Made by a program: the position numbers and the translations under genes. A model generated the notes under the pieces. The model was not told the DNA's origin. It saw only the letters and a program-made list of their open reading frames with translations, and ran no database searches. DNA of 57,812 nt, filler included, from Squatina squatina (lineage: Eukaryota): the NCBI GenBank assembly GCA_031763465.1. It is 4 parts of 4 records of this genome, joined end to end, with 100 filler letters (N's around TTAATTAATTAA, not from the genome) between each part and the next. Parts side by side here need not be neighbours in the genome. Positions count along the whole stretch, not along the records: positions 1 to 15,500 come from JARFOE010000016.1; 3 more parts are not named here. The stretch is one strand, 5' to 3'. The stretch's first letter is position 1. Every line of letters starts with the position of its first letter. Of the stretch, positions 1-13,321 are shown piece by piece.

Positions 1-1654
1 CCCAAGCTCCAGCCAAGCATTCTTACCTTATAATTAATAGTATTTATTAGGAGATTCTGACAAAAACCTGTTCCAGGCATGTCGCCAGCATTATTTTCTC
101 AAATGGAATTTTATACGGAGGAATACATTAACAGTGCAATATAGTGAAACTGAATGATCATTATGAGCAGGTTATTCCCAGTATGCTTTGGTAGTGGTCT
201 TTCAGTAACTTATGCTGTTAATTTTGTTTAGCGTCACCTGTACTGACCTATTGAGAAGCCAGAGTGATCCTTGGTGGACTGTGTGTAATGGTGACAAAAT
301 ATTTCACCCATCTCTTTGACTCTGTTAAAAATAGACTGTGTAGGATCTCTGGAGCAAGACCTGACAGAAAAGTAAACACATTGTCATGTATCTGAACAAC
401 TGTGAATTAAAATTGATTCATTCAAGATTGGATTCCTCTTTCAGCAAAATAAATAGAAGAATGCCTATTTTTCTGCATTAACTAATTACCTGTGAACAAG
501 ATTGCAGGAAATGTGCAGCTTCATTCGCAGGCTGTTAATTTTGAAGGAAAACAGAGATTTTTCTCTGCTTTAGTTAAAATTTCACCCCATTTGTGTCTTA
601 AAAGCACAAGAGTGCAAGAAGTAAAGAATGAGATAACACCATTCAATCCACTCTACCATAANNNNNNNNNNNNNNNNNNNNNNNNNNNNNNNNNNNNNNN
701 NNNNNNNNNNNNNNNNNNNNNNNNNNNNNNNNNNNNNNNNNNNNNNNNNNNNNNNNNNNNNCAATTGAAGCTACAAAGAAATCAATGGAAACGTTTATTT
801 CAAAAATTAACCATATGATAATGATCTGTAAATATGTAAAGTGAGAATATACAAAGCAGAATGATAATTTTAGGAAATTAAAAGTTAAACAGTCAATTAC
901 TCTAAATCTTAACATTCCAGAAAATACATTATTTACATAGTTCATTTCCATCAACTAAACTTACTTGATAAATTGTCCAGCAAAAATTCAATAAAAATAA
1001 ATTTGGCTGAAACAAAGAATAATAAATAAATAGCAATCTTATAAACTGCTTTCAAATTTATACTGACCTTGTAATCTCCTACATAATGACTGAAAGTAAC
1101 AGCGCAGGACATAGAATATTTCCTTGTATTCAAACAAGAGGCAGTTTGGAATTATTCAGATATCGCTCCGAAACTTAAAACTGCAATGCTCTGCTAACTC
1201 TGCTAGGGATCGGTTTGAAAACAGCTAAAATTTACACTGCTGACTCAATGGAAATTTATTGCCCACTAATTATTTGCACATGCCTTTATCAGGTCAGTCC
1301 ACAGAGTACTTCCATGCAAACTCAAGAGAGCTGCTTGGNNNNNNNNNNCCACTGTGAGGTTCAAGCAAGATGTTTTAACAAGCCAGCCGATCTTATTGTC
1401 ATTGTCACGTCATCCTGCTTTGCATCTCATTTCTTTTAATTCCTGTCTGTGGATTACAAAAAGGCGAACCAACTACAGTATTCAGCTAGACTGGAAGCAT
1501 TCAACTGAATTCAAATCTCCCAGTGGACATAATCCATTTGATCATGTCTGTTCTTGTACCAAATGCTATAATGAGGGCAGAATCAGACTGTGGGGTTGAT
1601 CCCTCAGCAGCTGGATTTGGATGCTGCAGATGTTTAATTAAATAGCTTAAGTCT

Positions 1655-2085
1655 TGGGGTGATGCTAGAGATGAGAAACTATCATTACGAGGAGAGACTT
1701 GAGATACTGGGACCATTTCTCCTGGAGCACTGAAGACTTAAAGTAGATTTAATATAGGTTTTTAAAATTCTGAAGGATTTAAATAGGGCGAAGAGGGAAA
1801 GTTCCTCTGGGGTATCAGTGACATGGGGTCGTCAATTTAAAATTCTTGCCAAGCACGAAGAGGTCAAAAGAAATTTGAGTTATTGGAGCATAGGTGCTTT
1901 ACTATAGGGAGTGGTTAAGGGAGAGACCATGGCACTTAAAAAAAGGCAAAGTGGATAAACATTTGAAGCGGAGGAAGATACAGGGTGGTGTGGAGACAAC
2001 AAGGGAGTAGGATTCATTTTAGATTACTATAGCAAGGAGCAGGGACATGATGTGAAGGCCTATTTCTCTACCATAATTTTCTCTG
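1655..2085 (+). mobile_element. Degenerate CR1-clade LINE, ORF2 C-terminus and 3' end
   Basis: Decayed YEERL..LG..L..DLI.VFKILK segment followed by CR1-type 3' sequence; homologous to the copies at 36400-36620 and 47750-48200. Boundaries approximate. Confidence 0.75.
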
Positions 2086-2454
2086 TTTTAAAGGGAATAT
2101 ATAACACTCGTTAAAATCTTCCCTGATGGTTGACAACATTTTCTGACAAGTAAACTTCACCATTGATAATGATACCTAAACCATCTACTGAAGTTCAGTC
2201 TCTCTCGCAAGAGAGCTACGATGTTAAATCTCCTCTGTGCGTTCCTCCCTGACTGCAGAATCCCTTTCTCTGAGCTTTTAATATTGCTGCCTGTTCTTGG
2301 TTTGCTAAGTATAAAAAAGGAAACATTAAAATAGTAACTGTATATAAAACTATAGACACCTCTTAAAAACAGTAGCCTTGTTAAATTGGCACTGAAACAC
2401 TTTTAAAAGAAACTGGACAGTAACTCCTTTGAGGACAAGTGGGCAGGGGCACCA

Positions 2455-2790
2455 TCACGTACAGACCAGACGGTCTCAGATTTCATGTCTGGCCTGTGCG
2501 GAACTCGCTGATATCAGCGAGGGCAGCAGTTGGGCCTCAATGCCAGTGGGGCTACATACGGGGGAAAAAAACAATCAGTATTCCCACTCCTGATCACCAT
2601 TCAGCGACTCTTATTGCAAAGTCTGCAAGTGGGGATGCAGGCAGGGGAAAATGACAGGATCAAACTTGGCTGCGATAAACTTGTCAAATAAGCCTGCCAA
2701 AATTCACTGTCTAGGGTCCCATATAATTCATGACCATTTAAGCTGGAGCCTGTCCAGATTCAGTGCCTTGAGGAGAAGAGATAAGAAAAT
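2455..2790 (+). mobile_element. Old SINE-like interspersed repeat (family A)
   Basis: Shares blocks (cccactcctgatcac, ggctgcgat...agcctgccaa, ctggcctgtg..ga) with segments at 14300-14640 (minus), 24470-24730 and 31975-32200. Confidence 0.5.
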
Positions 2791-4119
2791 GGAAGAGGAC
2801 ATTGACTGTGCCCACAGGTGTGTATGTGAGGAACATTAGTCCCATGAATATTGTTCTCTCCCACACAAGACAACACAGCTCACAGTGTAATTAGCATTAA
2901 AGTATAATATTTCACCATAAATTCATGCTTTATGTTGCTTCACAAACCATTTCATCGCTGCATATTTCAGCTCGAGTGCCTCATAATTCTACACTCTAAA
3001 TGCATGATTTGCATATTTATGAGTATCAATTAGTGGCACAAAACAGACATACATATTCAATGCTATTAACTTTCTGGCGTTAAAAATCCTGCCTTTTACA
3101 CAATTCTTCCCCCTGTCCACTCTGTTAAATCTGAGTAGAAAGAGACCCNNNNNNNNNNNNNNNNNNNNNNNNNNNNNNNNNNNNNNNNNNNNNNNNNNNN
3201 NNNNNNNNNNNNNNNNNNNNNNNNNNNNNNNNNNNNNNNNNNNNNNNNAAGAGACAAAAGGGACTCATTTGATTTGGTCTTGAAGGTCATCACAGAGCAC
3301 AGTATAAAGGTTTGAGTGGAATTCAGTCATATTGGTTAGCTGTACAATACCCCCAAGTGTGGGTTAATTCACTTTATAGTCAATAAACAGAACCATTTAT
3401 GCAGCATTCTGAAACAGTTCATTAATTATACAAAGTTGCCTATATTACTTTCAATAGTAAATGATTTACCCACATAAACCAACATTAAGTCTGTCAGCTT
3501 ACAAGTANNNNNNNNNNCTCATTCTGGGAGCCAAACAGATACTGAAACTACTTTTGCAGGCATGGTGAAAGATTCAAAACCTCTGCTCCACTCACTTCCC
3601 ACCCTCAGCCACATCACTGAGAGAAGGTGTTTGAGCTAACAGCTTTGGAAGGGAACACTTTCAGGAAAATTCTTCCTGCACCCCATTCACACATTCCACA
3701 AAGCTCCTCTTTCTCCCAGTTTCTATTCAAAGTGTAAGTTTTTTTATATAGGGACTGTTAATTCGTCTAATTATAATTAATTTCATGCTTTTACTAAGAG
3801 CTGGTTCCAAGTGGGATTGGAAAAGCCCTGTGAGTAAGTCATATGCCTGCCCTCTCGAGTGCAGCTGACACGGGAGGCATGGGGAAAAAATGGGGGATGG
3901 GGGAGGGGGGGGAGGAACTTTACCATTAAATTTGAGGGGAGGGCAAAGAGAATGAAATTCTACAATTACCCTTTAAAGGAGAACATTACTGGAGGAGGAG
4001 TGTTTTCAATATCTTTATTTAATCTCTTCTGTCTGACAGGAGGAATCATTGTAATAGTATGTACTGAGCTATTTATTGAGGGATGGTGCTGAATCAGTTT
4101 GCTTAAAACGAGATGCTCA

Positions 4120-4420
4120 TGGGGGAAACGTGTGATTGACACAGCTGAGTGCTATCTCAACGACTGCCGGTCCAGGGTCCACAGTGCTGCGAGGAAGTGA
4201 TCAAAGTGTCGACCTTCCCTACCCGAATGGAGAAATGAACGTATGGTGCCCAAAGCTCTCCACCACTGGGGTTTTCCTTGTGTCATGACTGGGTCTGTTG
4301 TAGACTGACTGGTAGTGATTGATTGCTGGGATTAGTCAACAACTCCATTATCATTGTACCATACAACTATCAGGATGCTGGAAGGCAAACTAGATGGCTC
4401 TTGCTCTTTTTTTTTGTCTG
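4120..4420 (+). mobile_element. Degenerate LINE-like 3' end fragment
   Basis: ctgggtctgttgtagactgac...aactccattatcattg...ggaaggcaaactagatgg is the reverse-complement relative of 21226-21370. Confidence 0.5.
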
Positions 4421-6216
4421 AACCTTTTTAACTGGAGAACTAGAAGGCAATAGTTTACATTAAAAATAAGGTATCACTTTTAAGTTGCAGCCTTTTTTGT
4501 TAAACACACGTATTCAAGTTTACAATACAAGTTTATTCTCCTTCTCACCAAGTTAAAAAGTCTGAGAAAATTATTTCAGATCTAGCTGCAGCCTGAGTCC
4601 AAGCTATCAGAGATTCAAAAATGTAAGATTTGCAAGGTGAATGTTTTCACAGCTGTACTGCAAAGCCAAACATTGACTTTTATGATAATTTACACATGCT
4701 TAATATGAAGACTTGGCAACTGTCCTGTGATTTTCATAAAAATCAAAAATTAAATAGCTATCATGTTCATTCAATTTCCTGTTAAAATCAGCAAGAATTC
4801 TATGATTAGAGCTCTATTTTCCCTTATTTTTTCCCCAAGCTGTATTCCGCAAATGATTTTAAAAGCTGTTGCTACTTGATTTATTCTCTTAGTTGCAGTA
4901 AAAAGAAAATATGTTGGCTTCACTTTTACACTTATTCCCCCTATGCAAACTGTACCTGCTTCATCTCAAACAAGATTTAGTTGAAAATGGAGATTCACAG
5001 AGAGCTGAGGCAAAGAGTCTACTCAAAGCCTGCATCAAAAATGCTCATTGCATAATTAAAGCTGCAAAAGTATTAACTTACTTCGCAGTGAGATTGCACT
5101 AAGCAAGCCCCAGCACGCAGGTAATATACAAGGAACAGGTAACTGCTTTTCTAGTGGACGCCTCCCTTAGATTTTATCAGTGAATATTTGAAATTAGATT
5201 TACCTTTACCCTTTTTTAAAAAATTGCAATTGAAATCACATTTTCCTTTGTATTCCCCAAAATGCATAGGATTCTTTGAAATGTATTTCAATCACTAGCA
5301 TCGTAAAACTGACGTTAGGCGTGAATTGGTACTGCACACCCATTTCATTGCTAATGGTGGAGTTACACTTAGTATGATCTTTGATGCTTTCTGCAAGCCT
5401 GAAGATAGATTTCCTTACCTCAGCAATCAAGAGCGGTCGGAGTTGTTTGCATCCCCTGTAGAATATTAAACGTAATGAACTCAGGTTTATAGCTCCAACT
5501 TTTCGTGCAGGCCAGAGACTGGAAAAGCTTTAGTGAATCAACCGAGAAGCGGAAAAAGTTAAAAGAAAAAAGAGTAGCTCAAGTTTTCACTGAAGACTAC
5601 AACTGGCTGAACCCTGTGGAGGAAGCGAGCAAGCCTGCACAAGTTGACACAAATCTCTGTAAATACAATTAGCCATCGCTGCCGAGACCATCCACGTTCC
5701 AGCATGACCAAACACTGCCTATGCTCTGAGAGTCCCAGCTGGAGTCTGCCGAGGCTGAAGCAAAGTACCTGGCAAATGATACTGAAATGTCATTGTACAA
5801 TTAAGTCTCCAGCTGCGTTTTCAGCCAAAAGCAGACTCCCCATCCAAAGTCAACAAACGTGTGACATTCTAATCCCTGTAACCATGTTGAAGGGATGGCA
5901 AACAATTTTCCAAAAGAGTTCACTACAAACCAGATGGATTATTCTGGATAAGGTACCAATTCTTCAGCCGCATATTTCCTTACTGAAATGCTAAATAAAT
6001 AAACATACGATGGTATATGATTATCACTGTCATCTGTGAGCATGTAAAATGTATTCCTCCTTTTTAAAACTTCTATTAATAAAAGGTCTGCAACTTTTGG
6101 GGAAATTACTACAAATNNNNNNNNNNNNNNNNNNNNNNNNNNNNNNNNNNNNNNNNNNNNNNNNNNNNNNNNNNNNNNNNNNNNNNNNNNNNNNNNNNNN
6201 NNNNNNNNNNNNNNNN

Positions 6217-6340
6217 TCATTCTCATGGCAACCATTTCCAATTTGATTAACCCAATCTACATGAAGATTAAAGTCGCCCATGATTAATGCACTCTTCTTT
6301 TTACAAGCCCCCATTATTTCTTGATTTATACCTCTTTCTA
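6217..6340 (-). mobile_element. CR1 LINE ORF2 endonuclease fragment
   Basis: Translates INQEIMGACKKKSALIMGDFNLHVDW, containing the GDFN motif of APE-like endonucleases; runs into a gap. Confidence 0.8.
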
Positions 6341-7184
6341 GGGAGTGTTCCAGGGCAGGATTTTTCTCCTTTAGTGGGACTGTGATCAGCAGTGAGGCTT
6401 CTACCCACTCGCCTGACTTAGTGCTGACCTTGACAAATCTTCTAGGATCAGCTTGATTTAAATAGTGTAGACAGGCTCCCAGTGGTACTTTTCTCTTTTT
6501 TTTTTCCATGACTTTCTGCAACAGGTTTTCTTATGTGAGCTTTGCTCCAGATAGTTTTCATAACCAATAGGTAGGTCAAAACATGGTCCCTGTCCCTTCC
6601 TATCCATCTGCAGTATTTTTCCTTGACTGACTGGCTGTTGCACACCTTGGTGCTGAGGGTCCTAATGAGTGAAGGGTTTAACTTTATCAAAATACGGCTG
6701 GTCTCGACATAGCACACAGCAAGAATCATCTCTAAGCTACTTTTGTACCAATCCATGACTTTAAAGTTCAGTATTGGACGGTTACAGAATGGTGGTGTTG
6801 ATATTCATATTACAATGGAAATTAAGTATTTATAAGGTCAACAGAGCAGTATTCCTCAGCTTTTGCTGGTAGTAGAATAGAAAATACAATAGCTGTATTA
6901 TTTTTTCTCCCCCCATCAGGAGTTCCAATTTGCTCTTTAACAGAATCCAGCTGTGTGTTCTGACCTAGCGACTCCTCTCCAGTACCAGACACAACAGTGA
7001 TCCCACTGTGTCTGCCACTCCAGATAATCTGGAGATAGAGACTAAGCAGTTCTGGGAATCTATTGTGAAAGTATAAAACTACCCTCAGTAAAAATGAAGG
7101 TAGATGAATTGCATTTGAGACATTAATCAGTAATAATGTTGAGCTAGCATTGTTTTAAACAATTTTACTTTATATAATTCCTAC

Positions 7185-7315
7185 CTGAGTTCAGAAGAGC
7201 GTAGGATCTTTGTTAAGGAGACGCAATTCCCTTCTACAGTTCCTCTTCCTACTGATGGAATGGCTTTTCTACATGCTACATACAAGGCACAGGCCAACCA
7301 GTGAAGATCATCTCC
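7185..7315 (-). CDS. RBL2: Retinoblastoma-like 2 (p130), internal coding exon (equivalent to human exon 2)
   Basis: 131-nt exon, tttcag acceptor and gtagga donor; GDDLHWLACALYVACRKAIPSVGRGTVEGNCVSLTKILRSSELS versus recalled human RBL2 GNDLHWLACALYVACRKSVPTVSKGTVEGNYVSLTRILKCSEQS. Lies downstream of CHD9 on the same strand, favouring RBL2 over RBL1. Confidence 0.92.
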
Positions 7316-8506
7316 CTGAAATAATAAAATCTCCTGAATGATGCAAATTTAAAAAAATAAATTACACTCAGAAATGCTGTCCGATTGCACAGGTTCATGG
7401 TAGATTTCATGTTTGGCGACATGGAAATGAGTCTAAGTGGAAACCTGAAGGAAAAAAACTGTTCAAAATTAGTGCAATTTCGAGTGCAATTTGCACCCAG
7501 ATCGGCAATTGCACCCAAAGTGGAAACTCCACGCCCCAAATATTTTATTCATGTAAAACTGGTTCATCTCCCATTCTATTTAGTCAATTCTTGATCATTC
7601 AAAATAGTTTTTGCACTCAAATTTGAATCAATCCAATAATTTGAATTTAGCAATATAAATACAGCAAACTGGGAATTATTGCTAAAGAAATTTGAATTAT
7701 CAGATATTTTAAATTAAGGATTTAATTAAGAGGAATACGCTAATATGAGGAATTTTAGTGTGTGCTTTTTAAAAAGTTTCAAAACATTTTGTAAAGAAAT
7801 TACACCTCCATCCTGCAATGAAGTGGACCATGACGGAGGAATATGGCCAGTGCATGTGCAGTGATTACTGAGTTTATGCAAATTTGTGTTGTTGGGAATC
7901 GGGCACAACAGATTTGGGGATGTGATTACCTTTAATTTGATTTGGTTATTTTGAGGTTTTAAAAATGTTGAGGTTATGATAGTTTTACTATAGTTTTGCT
8001 TATGTGTTTTGGTTTAGTAATTCGCTTACATAGCTTTCTAGTATCCAGACACACTAAAATACTCAAATCTTTTGCAAGATTGGCCAGCCTTATTTATACG
8101 ACAGTTTCACTCCTGCCCAGCATACTTTCTTTTCATCTGCAATAATTGGTGTGCAGTTCAATTCAGGCACATAGTTGAACTATAGTTAAATCAGAAACTG
8201 CTTTTTCCCCCCATTTTCTTTCCACTTTCAGCTTGAAGTAAGAATGCATCAAACTCTTGTTGTCGATTTAGTAATTTGAGTTAAATCAAAAGGTCATGGC
8301 TCCAAATAGTGGAAAATAAAGTTCAACAAGTTAAGTATCAAAATTCAGTATTGGCCATGTCAGTTCTGTAGATTGCTTGCTATTCAGGACTGTAAACACT
8401 GTTTGTNNNNNNNNNNNNNNNNNNNNNNNNNNNNNNNNNNNNNNNNNNNNNNNNNNNNNNNNNNNNNNNNNNNNNNNNNNNNNNNNNNNNNNNNNNNNNN
8501 NNNNNN

Positions 8507-8723
8507 GTATACTGGGAATCTCCCTTTGCGATTGGTTGGCCTGGCCCACATGATCCCAGGGTTTGCAAACCGCATGTGCCCCTGGGATACGTGGGCCTTT
8601 ACGCAGGCGTACACGTAGAGGCCCAGGAGCGCAAGAGTCCGAAGATCCGTAGGCACCAGGTAGGTGCGCACTTTTCTTGCGGTTCGGAGGCATTCGGAAG
8701 CCACCGACTGCAATTTCCAGCCC
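8507..8723. mobile_element. GC-rich non-autonomous DNA transposon end (MITE-like)
   Basis: CpG-rich segment starting at a gap and ending in caatttccagccc, similar to termini at 33038, 35310 and 40931. Confidence 0.55.
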
Positions 8724-11459
8724 ATCATGTGCTCAGCTGAGCAGCAGACATTTCAGGCATTTGGGGGACCAATGCAAGTCACGAAGCACAAACTGAACTT
8801 ACTTCAACTGACTTGATGAAACTCTCTCCTAACCCAGGTTCAACAGTCTCCAGTGGATGCATCCATAAATTGATGCTAATTGGTGTTTCTCACCCAGGGA
8901 GGCCATAATAACTGATGTGGGAAAAGAAAAAGGCACATTAATGGAATTGGGCTTTCTTTCCAGGGTGGGGGTAAGGAATACGGTTGGCAAAATGCAACAG
9001 GGTTTAAACCTTCATCTAACACTTAAAATATTTGGCTGGGAGCACATAATAGGAGCAGTGGATGTAAAAAGTATTTCATTTTACATCCTTCATCTTGGGA
9101 AGCACCAAAACATTAGACAGTGAACTGTAACACATTATGCAACATAATTCCACTGACCAAAAATGGGCACAGTACCATTTCAGAATTGTTCGACTCGCCA
9201 CAATAATATGAATGTGACTAATGGTTTTGACAATCATGTAAGGTATTGTGCAAAGGGCTTGGAAAGCGGGAAAAAAAAAATCACACAATCAGGGCACACA
9301 CTCTTAAAAAGGCACAGGCACCCCTAGGATAGTTTCCTTGAGCAATTACCTGATTACCCATGGTATGTATGGGATAGAAAAATGAGTTACAGGTTTTCAT
9401 TCAATTGTACAAAATTCTGATCATTGCAATGCTTTAAATTGCAATATTGTTGCTGTGTCATACAGCTCATTGTACTGTATCTTTAGATCTTTATCCCCAG
9501 TATGACTACTGCAGGACTTTTCACAGCCTAACCTAGGTCAAATTTCCACAGTGATCAAGAATCAGTTATAGGAAATTCTTCAATTAAAATTTTGCACATT
9601 AGACATTGAATTTAGAATGAGAGTACACAAACATACATCATGGGTAGTCAAAGAATAGGTTTAATAAAAATAATTAAANNNNNNNNNNNNNNNNNNNNNN
9701 NNNNNNNNNNNNNNNNNNNNNNNNNNNNNNNNNNNNNNNNNNNNNNNNNNNNNNNNNNNNNNNNNNNNNNNNNNNNNNNNNNNNNNNNNNNNNNNNNNNN
9801 NNNNNNNNNNNNNNNNNNNNNNNNNNNNNNNNNNNNNNNNNNNNNNNNNNNNNNNNNNNNNNNNNNNNNNNNNNNNNNNNNNNNNNNNNNNNNNNNNNNN
9901 NNNNNNNNNNNNNNNNNNNNNNNNNNNNNNNNNNNNNNNNNNNNNNNNNNNNNNNNNNNNNNNNNNNNNNNNNNNNNNNNNNNNNNNNNNNNNNNNNNNN
10001 NNNNNNNNNNNNNNNNNNNNNNNNNNNNNNNNNNNNNNNNNNNNNNNNNNNNNNNNNNNNNNNNNNNNNNNNNNNNNNNNNNNNNNNNNNNNNNNNNNNN
10101 NNNNNNNNNNNNNNNNNNNNNNNNNNNNNNNNNNNNNNNNNNNNNNNNNNNNNNNNNNNNNNNNNNNNNNNNNNNNNNNNNNNNNNNNNNNNNNNNNNNN
10201 NNNNNNNNNNNNNNNNNNNNNNNNNNNNNNNNNNNNNNNNNNNNNNNNNNNNNNNNAAAATACTTTAGTTAATTACTAGACTTCAGGGAAATATATGTTT
10301 ATATACAGTAATGCTTCATTTCAGACAGAAGGAGCAATTCAGTATATAAAGAAACCAGCACATTATAATTTAGTTTAATGCTGCCTGTGTTTAGCACTAC
10401 AAAATTACTGTAAAAAACATTTAAAGTATTCTCACTTTGTCTGCATACTTTTTAAAGCTGTGGTATCCTTTTAGGTGGCATGTACAAACTGTATTTGAAA
10501 AATCTAAATACCATCCTACACATACTCCAGTCTTCAAAAGTGCCATCAATTGTTGACTTGAATATTAAAATCAGTACTGTTATAATTACTCGTGAAGGCT
10601 GCAATTGTTTTCAAAGTGGATTCTTGCATCGGTCTGATCGAAAAATATTCAATCCACTGCATTTAAGCATTTTGTCAAAATGTTTTATTTTTAAAAAACA
10701 GAATTTTCCCCTATTTAGAATAATGGCATTCTGTTGGGTGTATAACAATGGCAATTTTCTAGCATAAAGATTTGCAACCCCCTCCCCCCCCATTTCCATT
10801 TCTGTGAAATATGAGATAATATTTAATCTGTACTGAAAAATCATACTCTAAGCTCGTCAATTAGTCCAGAAGAGCAAGCTCTAAATTTATTTGCTTTTGT
10901 GCCGTATCATTTGTTCCTCTTACATGTGCATCCTTATTAAATGTATTAAAATGATCAGTCACACACCTAACAGGAGTAGAATGTACAGCAAAATTGGGGA
11001 TTGTACTGAGTTTTTGATGGGTATGAATTGGTCTATGAAAACAGACAAAAACTGGAATACAACAGCTGTAAAAAAAAATGACTGCATATTAAACCTCTCT
11101 TTGTAATCTGTTGTCTCTAAGTACATTTCTAGCCGCAAACATCAATATCAATTCTCAATACTGCAAATGGCATAATTGCCTTTGCTTCTATCGTGTGGGT
11201 ATTTGTGCATATAACACTGCTTTGCAATAATTTAACACCAGCATTTGAAAATGATTTTCCCAGTCATATTAACGACTGCAGAGAGGGACACCTTGTATTA
11301 AATTAAAGCCCTATACTTTATTCATGTGCTCCCTCTCTCTAAGTAATGACACGGGATGCAATAAGGGATTTATTTCGCTAAAACCGTCGGAAAATTAGAA
11401 GCCAAATGTACATGCTGTTACTGTGTCTGAAAGAGTTGCCCACAGTCATAACTCTAAGT

Positions 11460-11710
11460 ACAACAATAACTTGCATGCATATAGTTCCTTTTATGACGGA
11501 ATAAAGTCCCAAGGTGCTACACAGAGGTATAATCAGATGACAATGGATACTGAGCTAAAGAAGGAGAGATTAAGAAGAGGACCAAAAGCCTGGTCAAAGA
11601 GGTGGGTTTTAATGAGGGTTTTAAAGAAAGAGAGGAAGGTAGGCAGGATTATGGAGGAAATTTTAGAGAGTGAAACCTCGTGGTTTCTTAAACTTAAAGC
11701 GGTGAAGAAA
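11460..11710 (-). mobile_element. L2-clade LINE 3' end
   Basis: acaacaataacttgcat...gtcccaaggtgct...ggtcaaagaggtgggttttaa is an inverted L2-type tail; related copy at 45055-45190. Confidence 0.7.
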
Positions 11711-11810
11711 NNNNNNNNNNNNNNNNNNNNNNNNNNNNNNNNNNNNNNNNNNNNNNNNNNNNNNNNNNNNNNNNNNNNNNNNNNNNNNNNNNNNNNNNNN
11801 NNNNNNNNNN

Positions 11811-13321
11811 TTAAAAATTACTGTGCATTTATGTTAGTGTAATAAACAGAATTATACAGACAATTCACAAATAAAATAATTCTGCAATGCACAGTTAATA
11901 GTGCTCTATTCTGTTAGTTGTATTGTCCTGGTGAAATTCTTGTATCAGGAGACATTTATTTAATTCTCAAATGCAGTATTGAATGCCCAACGTAAAACTG
12001 CCTTTTGGCATTAATTGGTATATGATGCTGGTAGATAAAAGTTGCTGGGGATCTAAATTTAATTGGATCAGCACTGCACCCACATATAGAGGTTGGCATG
12101 GGTCCTATGGAAAGATGGCAATGTGTGCCAAACACTATTTCACTGCAGTGGAAACAATTTTATTTTTCAATGCAGCAAACTAACACACTGCTCTGCAGTG
12201 ATGATAAACACTGAAAACTGTAGAATAAAACGCATCACTTCCTCTTCTATTTGTATACTTTTATTTGACCACCACAGTGATTCCTATATTGATTTTTGGC
12301 AGGAATGCATTGTGTATTTAATTTACTGAACAGCTCCTTATATATTCACAAATAGAAAGTTAGATAATGTAAAATCGGGATTCAAAGTACCCTTTTTGGA
12401 CACAATTCCTATTTCTGTTGCCTATGTTCTGAGACACCAACTAATCATTCCCATGAAATGAATGACCAGGCAGAATATACTGCACATATCAGTTTGACTT
12501 CCCATGGCACCTAGCCCCCTTTTAATCATTTGCAGAGAAAGAACACATGCAAGGTGAAAGCACTCACTACAACCAGCTACATAATGTAATAAATGACACA
12601 TTTTGCAAACGGCGAACAAAGCGAATATTATAGAAACTACTTCTGTAAACCTTCTAAACTAGCACAGCTGAGGTAATAAATAAATAGCCAGTTCTATGGC
12701 TGATTGGGAAAATAAATTCTTCCAAATAACTCAGAAGTGTACCTGAATTTTAAAACTGACAGTGCATCACAACACTTTAGCAATAAAAATGCGAACTTCC
12801 ATTTTGACTGTTGCCATGTTGCATTATCAAGATGTATATTCTACAGTTTTAATGACATTCATTAGCTGCCAGGGTTATTGCTGTGTCTCCTGCAGTTTGA
12901 TCTGTGTACTGAAATGAGTGTCAAGGAGTTTGTGGATTTATATACAGTAAGTTAATACGATATGCATAAAAGGTATTCTCATTTTCCCTAGTTCACACCA
13001 AATATATTAAATATACGGCTCTCCTGGTGCATATTTCTTTTATTAAAATTAATCCCCTAAAAAAAAAATTAACAACTAGCACTGTGATGCTTCAGTATGT
13101 GTTACAACTGATAGCACACATGGGTTTTGAAAGCCTCCCAAAACAACTTTACATGCAAGGTACCATTAAATACTTCGTACCTTTAAATAGATACTGAAAT
13201 CCTTTCAGTTAATCACAGATGAGTTTTTTTTTTCCAAATCATCACTGGGCTATTTACAAATGAACCATTTATACGACCAATGAAGCTGTTCCAGTGTAAG
13301 ATTAAATATATAATTTCAAGT
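11811..13321 (-). other. CHD9: Probable CHD9 3' UTR (end not determined)
   Basis: AT-rich, repeat-free sequence directly after the stop codon on the same contig; several AATAAA on the minus strand (near 13040, 12260, 12160, 11955). Confidence 0.55.

Noticed and set aside
1068-1135. Minus-strand LCRRLQ before a donor, resembling the RBL2 C-terminus
   Set aside because: Only a few residues match and the surrounding frame does not resemble RBL2.
5644-5994. 116-aa plus-strand ORF
   Set aside because: Non-ATG start, no recognisable similarity, no supporting splice structure.
9640-10272. 210-aa ORF and the other X-containing ORFs
   Set aside because: Open only because N runs contain no stops.
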